From the human T2T-CHM13v2.0 reference genome, Homo sapiens, in NCBI RefSeq assembly GCF_009914755.1, contig NC_060925.1: a DNA stretch of 64,000 nucleotides; one strand, given 5' to 3'. The notes beneath the pieces were generated by a model, which saw only the letters and a program-made list of their open reading frames with translations, searched no databases and was not told the origin of the DNA. The translations under genes were made by a program, and so were the position numbers. Positions 27,801 through 44,400 of the stretch are shown here, piece by piece (the stretch's first letter is position 1; each line of letters begins with the position of its first letter).

Positions 27801-30800
27801 AATGCAATCATCGAATGGTCTCGAATGGAATCATCTTCTAATGGAAAGGAATGGAATCATCGCATAGAATCGAATGGAATTATCATCGAATGGAATCGAA
27901 TGGTATCAACACCAAACGGAAAAAAACGGAATTATCGAATGGAATCGAAGAGAATCTTCGAACGGACCCGAATGGAATCATCTAATGGAATGGAACGGAA
28001 TAATCCATGGACTCGAATGCAATCATCATCGAATGGAATCGAATGGAATCATCGAATGGACTCGAATGGAATAATCATTGAACGGAATCGAATGGAATCA
28101 TCATCGGATGGAAACGAATGGAATCATCATCGAATGGAAATGAAAGGAGTCATCATCTAATGGAATTGCATGGAATCATCATAAAATGGAATCGAATGGA
28201 ATCAACATCAAATGGAGTCAAATGGAATAATTGAACGGAAATGAATGGAATCGTCATCGAATGAATTGAATGCAATCATCGAATGGTCTAGAATTGAATC
28301 ATCTTCAAATGGAATGGAATGGAATCATCGCATAGAATCGAATGGAAGTATCATCGAATGGAATCGAATGGAATCAACATCAAACGGAAAAAAACGGAAT
28401 TATCTAATGGAATCGAAGAGAATCATCGAATGGACCCGAATGGAATCATCTAATGGAATGGAATGGAATAATCCATGGACTCGAATGCAATCATCATCGA
28501 ATGGAATCGAATGGAATCATCGAATGGACTCGAATGGAATAATCATTGAACGGAATCGAATGGAATCATCATCGGATGGAAATGAATGGAATCATCATCG
28601 AATGGAATCGAATAGAATTATGGAATGAAATCCAGTGTGATCATCATCGAATGGACCCGAATGGAATCATCATCCAACGGAAGCTAATGGAATCAACATC
28701 GAATGAATCGAATGGAAACACCATCGAATTGAAACGAATGGAATTATCATGAAACTGAAATGGATGGACTCATCATCGAATGGATTCGAATGGAATCATC
28801 GAATAAAATTGATTGAAATCATCATCCAATGGAATCGAATGGTATCATTGAATGGAATCGAATGGAATCATCATCAGATGGAAATGAATGGAATCGTCAT
28901 AGAATGGAATCGAATGGATTCATTGAATGGAATCAGATGGAATCATCGAATGGACTGGAATGGAATCATTGAATGGACTCGAAAGGGATCATGATTGAAT
29001 GGAATTGAATGGAATCATCGAATGGTCTCGATTGGAATCATTAACAAATGGAATCGAATGGAATCACCGAATAGAATCGAATGGAACAATCATCGAATGG
29101 ACTCAAATGGAATTATCCTCCAATGGAATCGAATGGAATTATCGAATGCAATCGAATGGAATTATCGAATGCAATCGAATAGAATCATCGAATGGACTCG
29201 AATGGAATCATCGAATGGAATGGAATGGAACAGTCAAGGAACTCGAATGGAATCATCATTGAATGGAATCGAATGGAATCATCGAGTGGAATCGAATGGA
29301 AATATGATCAAATGGAATCGAATATAATCATCATCAAATGGAATCAAAAATAACCATCATTAATTGGTATTGAATGGAATTCTCATCAAATGGAATTCAA
29401 AGGAATCATCATCAAATGGAACTGAATGGAATCCTCATTGAATGGAAATGAAAGGGGTCATCATCTAATGGAATCGCATGGAATCATCATCAAATGGAAT
29501 CGAATGGAATCATCATCAAATGGAATCTGATGGAATCATTGAACAGAATTGAATGGAATCGTCATCGAATGAATTGAATGCAATCATCGAATGGTCTCGA
29601 ATGCAATCACATTCTAATGGAAAGGAATGGAATCATCGCATAGAATCGAATGGAATTAACATTGAATGGACTCGAATGGAATCAACATCAAACGGAATCA
29701 AGCGGAATTATCGAATGGAATCGAAGAGAATCATCGAATGGTCTCGAATGGAATCATCTTCTAATGGAAAGGAATGGAATCATCGCATAGAATCGAATGG
29801 AATTAACATTGAATGGACTCGAATGGAATCAACATCAAATGGAATCAAGCGGAATTATCGAATGAAATCGAAGAGAATCATCGAATGGACTCGAATGGAA
29901 TCATCTAATGGAATGGAATGGAATAATCCACGGACTCGAATGCAATCATCATTGTATAGAATCGAATGGAATCATCGAATGGACTGGAATGGAATAAACA
30001 TTGAACGGAATAGAATGGAATCATCATCGGAAGGAAACGAATGGAATCATCATCGAATGGAAATGTAAGGAGTCATCATCTAATGGAATTGCATGGAATC
30101 ATCATAAAATGGAATCGAATGGAATCATCATCAAATGGAATCAAATGGAATCATTGAACGGAATTGAATGGAATCGTCATCGAATGAATTGAATGCAATC
30201 ATCGAATGGTCTCGAATGGAATCATCTTCAAATGGAATGGAATGGAATCATCGCATAGAATCGAATGGAATTATCATCGAATGGAATCGAATGGTATCAA
30301 CATCAAACGAAAAAAAACGGAATTATCGAATGGAATCGAAGAGAATCTTCGAACGGACCCGAAAGGAATCATCTAATGGAATGGAATGGAATAATCCATG
30401 GACTCGAATGCAATCATCATCGAATGGAATCGAATGGAATCATTGAATGGACTCGAATGGAATAATCATTGAACGGAATCGAATGGAATCATCATCGGAT
30501 GGAAATGAATGGAATCATCATCGAATGGAATCGAATAGAATTATGGAATGAAATCCAGTGTGATCATCATCGAATGGACCCGAATGGAATCATCATCCAA
30601 CGGAAGCTAATGGAATCAACATCGAATGAATCGAATGGAAACACCATCGAATTGAAACGAATGGAATTATCATGAAATTGAAATGGATGGACTCATTATC
30701 GAATGGATTCGAATGGAATCATCGAATAAAATTGATTGAAATCATCATCGAATGGAATCGAATGGTATCATTGAATGGAATCGAATGGAATCGTCATCAG

Positions 30801-33800
30801 ATGGAAATGAATGGAATCGTCATAGAATGGAATCGAATGGATTCATTGAATAGAATCAGATGGAATCATCGAATGGACTGGAATGGAATCATTGAATGGA
30901 CTCGAAAGGGATCATTATTGAATGGAATTGAATGGAATCATCGAATGGTCTCGATTGGAATCATTATCAAATGGAATCGAATGGAATCACCGAATAGAAT
31001 TGAATGGAACAATCATCGAATGGACTCAAATGGAATTATCCTCAAATGGAATCGAATGGAATTATCGAATGCAATCGAATGGAATTATCGAATGCAATCG
31101 AATAGAATCATCGAAAGGACTCGAATGGAATCATCGAATGGAATGGAATGGAACAGTCAATGAACTCGAATGGAATCATCATTGAATGGAATCGAATGGA
31201 ATCATCGAGTGGAATCGAATGGAATTATGATCAAATGGAATCGAATGTAATCATCATCAAATGGAATCAAAAATAACCATCATCAATTGGTATTGAATGG
31301 AATTGTCATCAAATGGAATTCAAAGGAATCATCATCAAATGGAACCGAATGGAATCCTGATTGAATGGAAATGAAAGGGGTCATCATCTAATGGAATCGC
31401 ATGGAATCATCATCAAATGGAATCGAATGGAATCATCATCAAATGGAATCTAATGGAATCATTGAAAAGAATTGAATGGAATCATCATCGAATGAATTGA
31501 ATGCAATCATCGAAAGGTCTCGAATGGAATCATCTTCTAATGGAAAGGAATGGAATCATCGCATAGAATCGAATGGAATTATCATCGAATGGAATCGAAT
31601 GGTATCAACACCAAACGGAAAAAAACGGAATTATCGAATGGAATCGAAGAGAATCTTCGAACGGACCCGAATTTAATGATCTAATGGAATGGAATGGAAT
31701 AATCCATGGACTCGAATGCAATCATCATCGAATGGAATCGAATGGAATCATCGAATGGACTCGAATGGAATAATCATTGAACGGAATCGAATGGAATCAT
31801 CATCGGATGGAAACGAATGGAATCATCATCCAATGGAAATGAAAGGAGTCATCATCTAATGGAATTGCATGGAATCATCATAAAATGGAATCGAATGGAA
31901 TCAACATCAAATGGAATCAAATGGAATAATTGAACGGAATTGAATGGAATTGTCATCGAATGAATTGAATGCAATCATCGAATGGTCTAGAATTGAATCA
32001 TCTTCAAATGGAATGGAATGGAATCATCGCATAGAATCGAATGGAAGTATCATCGAATGGAATCGAATGGAATCAACATCAAACGGAAAAAAACGGAATT
32101 ATCGAATGGAATCGAAGAGAATCATCGAATGGACCCGAATGGAATCATCTAATGGAATGGAATGGAATAATCCATGGACTCGAATGCAATCATCATCGAA
32201 TGGAATCGAATGGAATCATCGAATGGACTCGAATGGAATAATCATTGAACGGAATCGAATGGAATCATCATCGGATGGAAATGAATGGAATCATCATCGA
32301 ATGGAATCGAATAGAATTATGGAATGAAATCCAGTGTGATCATCATCGAATGGACCCGAATGGAATCATCATCCAACGGAAGCTAATGGAATCAACATCG
32401 AATGAATCGAATGGAAACACCATCGAATTGAAACGAATGGAATTATCATGAAATTCAAATGGATGGACTCATCATCGAATGGATTCGAATGGAATCATTG
32501 AATAAAATTGATTGAAATCATCATCCAATGGAATCGAATGGTATCATTGAATGGAATCGAATGGAATCATCATCAGATGGAAATGAATGCAATCGTCATA
32601 GAATGGAATCGAATGGATTCATTGAATGGAATCAGATGGAATCATCGAATGGACTGGAATGGAATCATTGAATGGACTCGAAAGGGATCATGATTGAATG
32701 GAATTGAATGGAATCATCGAATGGTCTCGATTGGAATCATTAACAAATGGAATCGAATGGAATCACCGAATAGAATCGAATGGAACAATCATCGAATGGA
32801 CTCAAATGGAATTATCCTCCAATGGAATCGAATGGAATTATCGAATGCAATCGAATGGAATTATCGAATGCAATCGAATAGAATCATCGAATGGACTCGA
32901 ATGGAATCATCGAATGGAATGGAATGGAACAGTCAAGGAACTCGAATGGAATCATCATTGAATGGAATCGAATGGAATCATCGAGTGGAATCGAATGGAA
33001 ATATGATCAAATGGAATCGAATATAATCATCATCAAATGGAATCAAAAATAACCATCATTAATTGGTATTGAATGGAATTCTCATCAAATGGAATTCAAA
33101 GGAATCATCATCAAATGGAACTGAATGGAATCCTCATTGAATGGAAATGAAAGGGGTCATCATCTAATGGAATCGCATGGAATCATCATCAAATGGAATC
33201 GAATGGAATCATCATCAAATGGAATCTGATGGAATCATTGAACAGAATTGAATGGAATCGTCATCGAATGAATTGAATGCAATCATCGAATGGTCTCGAA
33301 TGTAATCACATTCTAATGGAAAGGAATGGAATCATCGCATAGAATCGAATGGAATTAACATTGAATGGACTCGAATGGAATCAACATCAAACGGAATCAA
33401 GCGGAATTATCGAATGGAATCGAAGAGAATCATCGAATGGTCTCGAATGGAATCATCTTCTAATGGAAAGGAATGGAATCATCGCATAGAATCGAATGGA
33501 ATTAACATTGAATGGACTCGAATGGAATCAACATCAAATGGAATCAAGCGGAATTATCGAATGAAATCGAAGAGAATCATCGAATGGACTCGAATGGAAT
33601 CATCTAATGGAATGGAATGGAATAATCCACGGACTCGAATGCAATCATCATTGTATAGAATCGAATGGAATCATCGAATGGACTCGAATGGAATAACCAT
33701 TGAACGGAATAGAATGGAATCATCATCGGAAGGAAACGAATGGAATCATCATCGAATGGAAATGTAAGGAGTCATCATCTAATGGAATTGCATGGAATCA

Positions 33801-35174
33801 TCATAAAATGGAATCGAATGGAATCATCATCAAATGGAATCAAATGGAATCATTGAACGGAATTGAATGGAATCGTCATCGAATGAATTGAATGCAATCA
33901 TCGAATGGTCTCGAATGGAATCATCTTCAAATGGAATGGAATGGAATCATCGCATAGAATCGAATGGAATTATCATCGAATGGAATCGAATGGTATCAAC
34001 ATCAAACGGAAAAAAACGGAATTATCGAATGGAATCGAAGAGAATCTTCGAACGGACCCGAAAGGAATCATCTAATGGAATGGAATGGAATAATCCATGG
34101 ACTCGAATGCAATCATCATCGAATGGAATCGAATGGAATCATTGAATGGACTCGAATGGAATAATCATTGAACGGAATCGAATGGAATCATCATCGGATG
34201 GAAATGAATGGAATCATCATCGAATGGAATCGAATAGAATTATGGAATGAAATCCAGTGTGATCATCATCGAATGGACCCGAATGGAATCATCATCCAAC
34301 GGAAGCTAATGGAATCAACATCGAATGAATCGAATGGAAACACCATCGAATTGAAACGAATGGAATTATCATGAAATTGAAATGGATGGACTCATCATCG
34401 AATGGATTCGAATGGAATCATCGAATAAAATTGATTGAAATCATCATCGAATGGAATCGAATGGTATCATTGAATGGAATCGAATGGAATCGTCATCAGA
34501 TGGAAATGAATGGAATCGTCATAGAATGGAATCGAATGGATTCATTGAATAGAATCAGATGGAATCATCGAATGGACTGGAATGGAATCATTGAATGGAC
34601 TCGAAAGGGATCATTATTGAATGGAATTGAATGGAATCATCGAATGGTCTCGATTGGAATCATTATCAAATGGAAACGAATGGAATCACCAAATAGAATC
34701 GAATGGAACAATCATTGAATGGACTCAAATGGAATTATCCTCAAATGGAATTGAATGGAATTATCGAATGCAATCGAATGGAATTATCGAATGCAATCGA
34801 ATAGAATCATCGAATGGAGTCGAATGGAATCATCGAATGGAATGGAATGGAACAGTCAATGAACTCGAATGGAATCATCATTGAATGGAATCGAATGGAA
34901 TCATCGAGTGGAATCGAATGGAATTATGATCAAATGGAATCGAATGTAATCATCATCAAATGGAATCAAAAATAACCATCATCAATTGGTATTGAATGGA
35001 ATTCTCATCAAATGGAATTCAAAGGAATCATCATCAAATGGAACCGAATGGTATCCTCATTGAATGGAAATGAAAGGGGTCATCATCTAATGGAATCGCA
35101 TGGAATCATCATCAAATGGAATCGAATGGAATCAACATCAAATGGAATCAAATGGAGTCATTGAACGGAATTGA
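24900..35174 (+). repeat. Tandem run of about three 3699-bp dimeric super-units
   Basis: Variant modules at 25854, 29553 and 33252 and B anchors at 26469, 30168 and 33867 are each spaced exactly 3699 bp apart. Confidence 0.88.
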
Positions 35175-38100
35175 ATGGAATCGTCATCGAATGAATTGAA
35201 TGCAATCATCGAATGGTCTCGAATGGAATCATCTTCAAATGGAATGGAATGGAATCATCACATAGAATCGAATGGAATTATCATCGAATGGAATCGAATG
35301 GAATCAACATCAAACGGAAAAAAACGGAATTATCGAATGGAATCGAAGAGAATCATCGAATGGACCCGAATGGAATCATCTAATGGAATGGAATGGAATA
35401 ATCCATGGACTCGAATGCAATCATCATCGAATGGAATCGAATGGAATCATCGAATGGACTCGAATGGAATAATCATTGAACGGAATCGAATGGAATCATC
35501 ATCGGATGGAAACGAATGGAATCATCATCGAATGGAATCGAATAGATTTATGGAATGAAATCCAGTGTGATCATCATCGAATGGACCCGAATGGAATCAT
35601 CATCCAACGGAAGCTAATGAAATCAACATCGAATGAATCAAATGGAAACACCATCGAAATGAAACGAATGGAATTACCATGAAATTGAAATGGATGGACT
35701 CATCATCAAATGGATTCGAGTGGAATCATCGAATAAAATTGATTGAAATCATCATCGAATGGAATCGAATGGTATCATTGAATGGAATCGAATGGAATCA
35801 TCATCAGATGGAAATGAATGGAATCGTCATAGAATGGAATCGAATGGATTCATTGAATGGAATCAGATGGAATCATTGAATGGACTGGAATGGAATCATT
35901 GAATGGACTCGAAAGGGATCATGATTGAATGGAATTGAATGGAATCATGGAATGGTCTCGATTGGAATCATTATCAAATGGAATCGAATGGAATCACCGA
36001 ATAGAATCGAATGGAACAATCATCGAATGGACTCAAATGGAATTATCCTCAAATGGAATCGAATGGAATTATCGAATGCAATCGAATGGAATTATCGAAT
36101 GCAATCGAATAGAATCATCGAAAGGACTCGAATGGAATCATCGAATGGAATGGAATGGAACAGTCAATGAACTCGAATGGAATCATCATTGAATGGAATC
36201 GAATGGAATCATCGAGTGGAATCGAATGGAATTATGATCAAATGGAATCGAATGTAATCATCATCAAATGGAATCAAAAATAACCATCATCAATTGGTAT
36301 TGAATGGAATTGTCATCAAATGGAATTCAAAGGAATCATCATCAAATGGAACCGAATGGAATCCTCATTGAATGGAAATGAAAGGGGTCATCATCTAATG
36401 GAATCGCATGGAATCATCATCAAATGGAATCGAATGGAATCATCATCAAATGGAATCTAATGGAATCATTGAAAAGAATTGAATGGAATCATCATCGAAT
36501 TAATTGAATGCAATCATCGAATGGTCTCGAATGGAATCATCTTCTAATGGAAAGGAATGGAATCATCGCATAGAATCGAATGGAATTATCATCGAATGGA
36601 ATCGAATGGTATCAACACCAAACGGAAAAAAACGGAATTATCGAATGGAATCGAAGAGAATCTTCGAACGGACGCGAATGGAATCATCTAATGGAATGGA
36701 ATGGAATAATCCATGGACTCGAATGCAATCATCATCGAATGGAATCGAATGGAATCATCGAATGGACTCGAATGGAATAATCATTGAACGGAATCGAATG
36801 GAATCATCAACGGATGGAAACGAATGGAATCATCATCGAATGGAAATGAAAGGAGTCATCATCTAATGGAATTGCATGGAATCATCATAAAATGGAATCG
36901 AATGGAATCAACATCAAATGGAATCAAATGGAATCATTGAACGGAATTGAATGGAATCGTCATCGAATGAATTGAATGCAATCATCGAATGGTCTCGAAT
37001 GGAATCATCTTCAAATGGAATGGAATGGAATCATCGCATAGAATCGAATGGAATTATCATCGAATGGAATCGAATGGAATCAACATCAAACGGAAAAAAA
37101 CGGAATTATCGAATGGAATCGAAGAGAATCATCGAATGGACCCTAATGGAATCATCTAATGGAATGGAATGGAATAATCCATGGACTCGAATGCAATCAT
37201 CATCGAATGGAATCGAATGGAATCATCGAATGGACTCGAATGGAATAATCATTGAACGGAATCGAATGGAATCATCATCGGATGGAAATGAATGGAATCA
37301 TCATCGAATGGAATCGAATAGAATTATGGAATGAAATCCAGTGTGATCATCATCGAATGGACCCGAATGGAATCATCATCCAACGGAAGCTAATGGAATC
37401 AACATCGAATGAATCAAATGGAAACACCATCGAATTGAAACGAATGGAATTACCATGAAATTGAAATGGATGGACTCTTCATCAAATGGATTCGAGTGGA
37501 ATCATCGAATAAAATTGATTGAAATCATCATCGAATGGAATCGAATGGTATCATTGAATGGAATCGAATGGAATCATCATCAGATGGAAATGAATGGAAT
37601 CGTCATAGAATGGAATCGAATGGATTCATTGAATGGAATCAGATGGAATCATTGAATGGACTGGAATGGAATCATTGAATGGACTCGAAAGGGATCATTA
37701 TTGAATGGAATTGAAGGGAATCATCGAATGGTCTCGATTGGAATCATTATCAAATGGAATCGAATGGAATCACCGAATAGAATCGAATGGAACAATCATC
37801 GAATGGACTCAAATGGAATTATCCTCAAATGGAATCGAATGGAATTATCGAATGCAATCGAATGGAATTATCGAATGCAATCGAATAGAATCATCGAATG
37901 GACTCGAATGGAATCATCGAATGGAATGGAATGGAACAGTCAATGAACTCGAATGGAATCATCATTGAATGGAATCGAATGGAATCATCGAGTGGAATCG
38001 AATGGAATTATGATCAAATGGAATCGAATGTAATCATCATCAAATGGAATCAAAAATAACCATCATCAATTGGTATTGAATGGAATTGTCATCAAATGGA

Positions 38101-38419
38101 ATTCAAAGGAATCATCATCAAATGGAACCGAATGGAATCCTCATTGAATGGAAATGAAAGGGGTCATCATCTAATGGAATCGCATGGAATCATCATCAAA
38201 TGGAATCGAATGGAATCATCATCAAATGGAATCTAATGGAATCATTGAAAGAATTGAATGGAATCATCATAGAATGAATTGAATGCAATCATCGACTGGT
38301 CTCGAATGGAATCATCTTCTAATGGAAAGGAATGGAATCATCGCATAGAATCGAATGGAATTATCATCGAATGGAATCGAATGGTATCAAAACCAAACGG
38401 AAAAAAACGGAATTATCGA

Positions 38420-41400
38420 ATGGAATCGAAGAGAATCTTCGAACGGACCCGAATGGAATCATCTAATGGAATGGAATGGAATAATCCATGGACTCGAATG
38501 CAATAATCATCGAATGGAATCAAATGGAATCATCGAATGGACTCGAATGGAATAATCATTGAACGGAATCGAATGGAATCATCATCGGATGGAAACGAAT
38601 GGAATCATCATCGAATGGCAATGAAAGGAGTCATCATCTAATGGAATTGCATGGAATCTTCATAAAATGGAATCGAATGAAATCAACATCAAATGGAATC
38701 AAATGGAATCATTGAACGGAATTGAATGGAATCGTCATCGAATGAATTGAATGCAATCATCGAATGGTCTCGAATGGAATCATCTTCAAATGGAATGGAA
38801 TGGAATCATCGCATAGAATCGAATGGAATTATCATCGAATGGAATCGAATGGAATCAACATCAAACGGAAAAAAACGGAATTATCGAATGGAATCGAAGA
38901 GAATCATCGAACGGACCCGAATGGAATCATCTAATGGTATGGAATGGAATAATCCATGGACTCGAATGCAATCATCATCAAATGGAATCGAATGGAATCA
39001 TCGAATGGATTCGAATGGAATAATCATTGAACGGAATCGAATGGAATCATCATCGGATGGAAATGAATGGAATCATCATCGAATGGAATCGAATAGAATT
39101 ATGGAATGAAATCCAGTGTGATCATCATCGAATGGACCCGAATGGAATCATCATCCAACGGAAGCTAATGGAATCAACATCGAATGAATCAAATGGAAAC
39201 ACCATCGAATTGAAACGAATGGAATTACCATGAAATTGAAATGGATGGACTCATCATCGAATGGATTCGAATGGAATCATCGAATAAAATTGATTGAAAT
39301 CATCATCGAATGGAATCGAATGGTATCATTGAATGGAATCGAATGGAATCATCATCAGATGGAAATGAATGGAATCGTCATAGAATGGAATCGAATGGAT
39401 TCATTGAATGGAATCAGAATGAATCATCGAATGGACTGGAATGGAATCATTGAATGGACTCGAAAGGGATCATGATTGAATGGAATTGAATGGAATCATC
39501 GAATGGTCTCGATTGGAATCATTATCAAATGGAATCGAATGGAATCACCGAATAGAATCGAATGGAACAATCATCGAATGGACTCAAATGGAATTATCCT
39601 CAAATGGAATCGAATGGAATTATCCAATGCAATCGAATGGAATTATCGAATGCAATCGAATAGAATCATCGAATGGACTCGAATGGAATCATCGAATGGA
39701 ATGGTATGGAACAGTCAATGAACTCGAATGGAATCATCATTGAATGGAATCGAATGGAATCATCGAGTGGAATCGAATGGAATTATGATCAAATGGAATC
39801 GAATGTAATCATCATCAAATGGAATCAAAAATAACCATCATCAATTGGTATGGAATGGAATTGTCATCAAATGGAATTCAAAGGAATCATCATCAAATGG
39901 AACCGAATGGAATCCTCATTGAATGGAAATGAAAGGGGTCATCATCTAATGGAATCGCATGGAATAATCATCAAATGGAATCGAATGGAATCATCATCAA
40001 ATGGAATCTAATGGAATCATTGAAAAGAATTGAATGGAATCGTCATCGAATGAATTGAATGCAATCATCGAATGGTCTCGAATGGAATCATCTTCTAATG
40101 GAAAGGAATGGAATCATCGCATAGAATCGAATGGAATTATCATCGAATGGAATCGAATGGTATCAACACCAAACGGAAAAAAACGGAATTATCGAATGGA
40201 ATCGAAGAGAATCTTCGAACGGACCCGAATGGAATCATCTAATGGAATGGAATGGAATAATCCATGGACTCGAATGCAATCATCATCGAATGGAATCGAA
40301 TGGAATCATCGAATGGACTCGAATGGAATAATCATTGAACGGAATCGAATGGAATCATCATCGGATGGAAATGAATGGAATCATCATCGAATGGAATCGA
40401 ATAGAATTATGGAATGAAATCCAGAGTGATCATCATCGAATGGACCCGAATGGAATCATCATACAACGGAAGCTAATGGAATCAACATCGAATGAATCAA
40501 ATGGAAACACCATCGAATTGAAACGAATGGAATTATCATGAAATTGAAATGGATGGACTCATCATCGAATGGATTCGAATGGAATCATCGAATAAAATTG
40601 ATTGAAATCATCATCGAATGGAATCGAATGGTATCATTGAATGGAATCGAATGGAATCATCATCAGATGGAAATGAATGGAATCGTCATAGAATGGAATC
40701 GAATGGATTCATTGAATGGAATCAGATGGAATCATCGAATGGACTGGAATGGAATCATTGAATGGACTCGAAAGGGATCATTATTGAATGGAATTGAATG
40801 GAATCATCGAATGGTCTCGATTGGAATCATTATCAAATGGAATCGAATGGAATCACCGAATAGAATCGAATGGAACAATCATCGAATGGACTCAAATGGA
40901 ATTATCCTCAAATGGAATCGAATGGAATTATCGAATGCAATCGAATGGAATTATCGAATGCAATCGAATAGAATCATCGAATGGACTCGAATGGAATCAT
41001 CGAATGGAATGGAATGGAACAGTCAATGAATTCGAATGGAATCATCATTGAATGGAATCGAATGGAATCATCGAGTGGAATCGAATGGAATTATGATCAA
41101 ATGGAATCGAATGTAATCATCATCAAATGGAATCAAAAATAACCATCATCAATTGGTATGGAATGGAATTGTCATCAAATGGAATTCAAAGGAATCATCA
41201 TCAAATGGAACCGAATGGAATCCTCATTGAATGGAAATGAAAGGGGTCATCATCTAATGGAATCGCATGGAATCATCATCAAATGGAATCGAAAGGAATC
41301 ATCATCAAATGGAATCTAATGGAATCATTGAACAGAATTGAATGGAATCGTCATCGAATGAATTGAATGCAATCATCGAATGGTCTCGAATGGAATCATC

Positions 41401-44400
41401 TTCTAATGGAAAGGAATGGAATCATCGCATAGAATCGAATGGAATTATCATCGAATGGAATCGAATGGTATCAACACCAAACGGAAAAAAACGGAATTAT
41501 CGAATGGAATCGAAGAGAATCTTCGAACGGACCCGAATGGAATCATCTAATGGAATGGAATGGAATAATCCATGGACTCGAATGCAATAATCATCGAATG
41601 GAATCAAATGGAATCATCGAATGGACTCGAATGGAATAATCATTGAACGGAATCGAATGGAATCATCATCGGATGGAAACGAATGGAATCATCATCGAAT
41701 GGCAATGAAAGGAGTCATCATCTAATGGAATTGCATGGAATCTTCATAAAATGGAATCGAATGAAATCAACATCAAATGGAATCAAATGGAATCATTGAA
41801 CGGAATTGAATGGAATCGTCATCGAATGAATTGAATGCAATCATCGAATGGTCTCGAATGGAATCATCTTCAAATGGAATGGAATGGAATCATCGCATAG
41901 AATCGAATGGAATTATCATCGAATGGAATCGAATGGAATCAACATCAAACGGAAAAAAACGGAATTATCGAATGGAATCGAAGAGAATCATCGAACGGAC
42001 CCGAATGGAATCATCTAATGGTATGGAATGGAATAATCCATGGACTCGAATGCAATCATCATCAAATGGAATCGAATGGAATCATCGAATGGATTCGAAT
42101 GGAATAATCATTGAACGGAATCGAATGGAATCATCATCGGATGGAAATGAATGGAATCATCATCGAATGGAATCGAATAGAATTATGGAATGAAATCCAG
42201 TGTGATCATCATCGAATGGACCCGAATGGAATCATCATCCAACGGAAGCTAATGGAATCAACATCGAATGAATCAAATGGAAACACCATCGAATTGAAAC
42301 GAATGGAATTACCATGAAATTGAAATGGATGGACTCATCATCGAATGGATTCGAATGGAATCATCGAATAAAATTGATTGAAATCATCATCGAATGGAAT
42401 CGAATGGTATCATTGAATGGAATCGAATGGAATCATCATCAGATGGAAATGAATGGAATCGTCATAGAATGGAATCGAATGGATTCATTGAATGGAATCA
42501 GAATGAATCATCGAATGGACTGGAATGGAATCATTGAATGGACTCGAAAGGGATCATGATTGAATGGAATTGAATGGAATCATCGAATGGTCTCGATTGG
42601 AATCATTATCAAATGGAATCGAATGGAATCACCGAATAGAATCGAATGGAACAATCATCGAATGGACTCAAATGGAATTATCCTCAAATGGAATCGAATG
42701 GAATTATCCAATGCAATCGAATGGAATTATCGAATGCAATCGAATAGAATCATCGAATGGACTCGAATGGAATCATCGAATGGAATGGTATGGAACAGTC
42801 AATGAACTCGAATGGAATCATCATTGAATGGAATCGAATGGAATCATCGAGTGGAATCGAATGGAATTATGATCAAATGGAATCGAATGTAATCATCATC
42901 AAATGGAATCAAAAATAACCATCATCAATTGGTATGGAATGGAATTGTCATCAAATGGAATTCAAAGGAATCATCATCAAATGGAACCGAATGGAATCCT
43001 CATTGAATGGAAATGAAAGGGGTCATCATCTAATGGAATCGCATGGAATAATCATCAAATGGAATCGAATGGAATCATCATCAAATGGAATCTAATGGAA
43101 TCATTGAAAAGAATTGAATGGAATCGTCATCGAATGAATTGAATGCAATCATCGAATGGTCTCGAATGGAATCATCTTCTAATGGAAAGGAATGGAATCA
43201 TCGCATAGAATCGAATGGAATTATCATCGAATGGAATCGAATGGTATCAACACCAAACGGAAAAAAACGGAATTATCGAATGGAATCGAAGAGAATCTTC
43301 GAACGGACCCGAATGGAATCATCTAATGGAATGGAATGGAATAATCCATGGACTCGAATGCAATCATCATCGAATGGAATCGAATGGAATCATCGAATGG
43401 ACTCGAATGGAATAATCATTGAACGGAATCGAATGGAATCATCATCGGATGGAAATGAATGGAATCATCATCGAATGGAATCGAATAGAATTATGGAATG
43501 AAATCCAGAGTGATCATCATCGAATGGACCCGAATGGAATCATCATACAACGGAAGCTAATGGAATCAACATCGAATGAATCAAATGGAAACACCATCGA
43601 ATTGAAACGAATGGAATTATCATGAAATTGAAATGGATGGACTCATCATCGAATGGATTCGAATGGAATCATCGAATAAAATTGATTGAAATCATCATCG
43701 AATGGAATCGAATGGTATCATTGAATGGAATCGAATGGAATCATCATCAGATGGAAATGAATGGAATCGTCATAGAATGGAATCGAATGGATTCATTGAA
43801 TGGAATCAGATGGAATCATCGAATGGACTGGAATGGAATCATTGAATGGACTCGAAAGGGATCATTATTGAATGGAATTGAATGGAATCATCGAATGGTC
43901 TCGATTGGAATCATTATCAAATGGAATCGAATGGAATCACCGAATAGAATCGAATGGAACAATCATCGAATGGACTCAAATGGAATTATCCTCAAATGGA
44001 ATCGAATGGAATTATCGAATGCAATCGAATGGAATTATCGAATGCAATCGAATAGAATCATCGAATGGACTCGAATGGAATCATCGAATGGAATGGAATG
44101 GAACAGTCAATGAATTCGAATGGAATCATCATTGAATGGAATCGAATGGAATCATCGAGTGGAATCGAATGGAATTATGATCAAATGGAATCGAATGTAA
44201 TCATCATCAAATGGAATCAAAAATAACCATCATCAATTGGTATGGAATGGAATTGTCATCAAATGGAATTCAAAGGAATCATCATCAAATGGAACCGAAT
44301 GGAATCCTCATTGAATGGAAATGAAAGGGGTCATCATCTAATGGAATCGCATGGAATCATCATCAAATGGAATCGAAAGGAATCATCATCAAATGGAATC

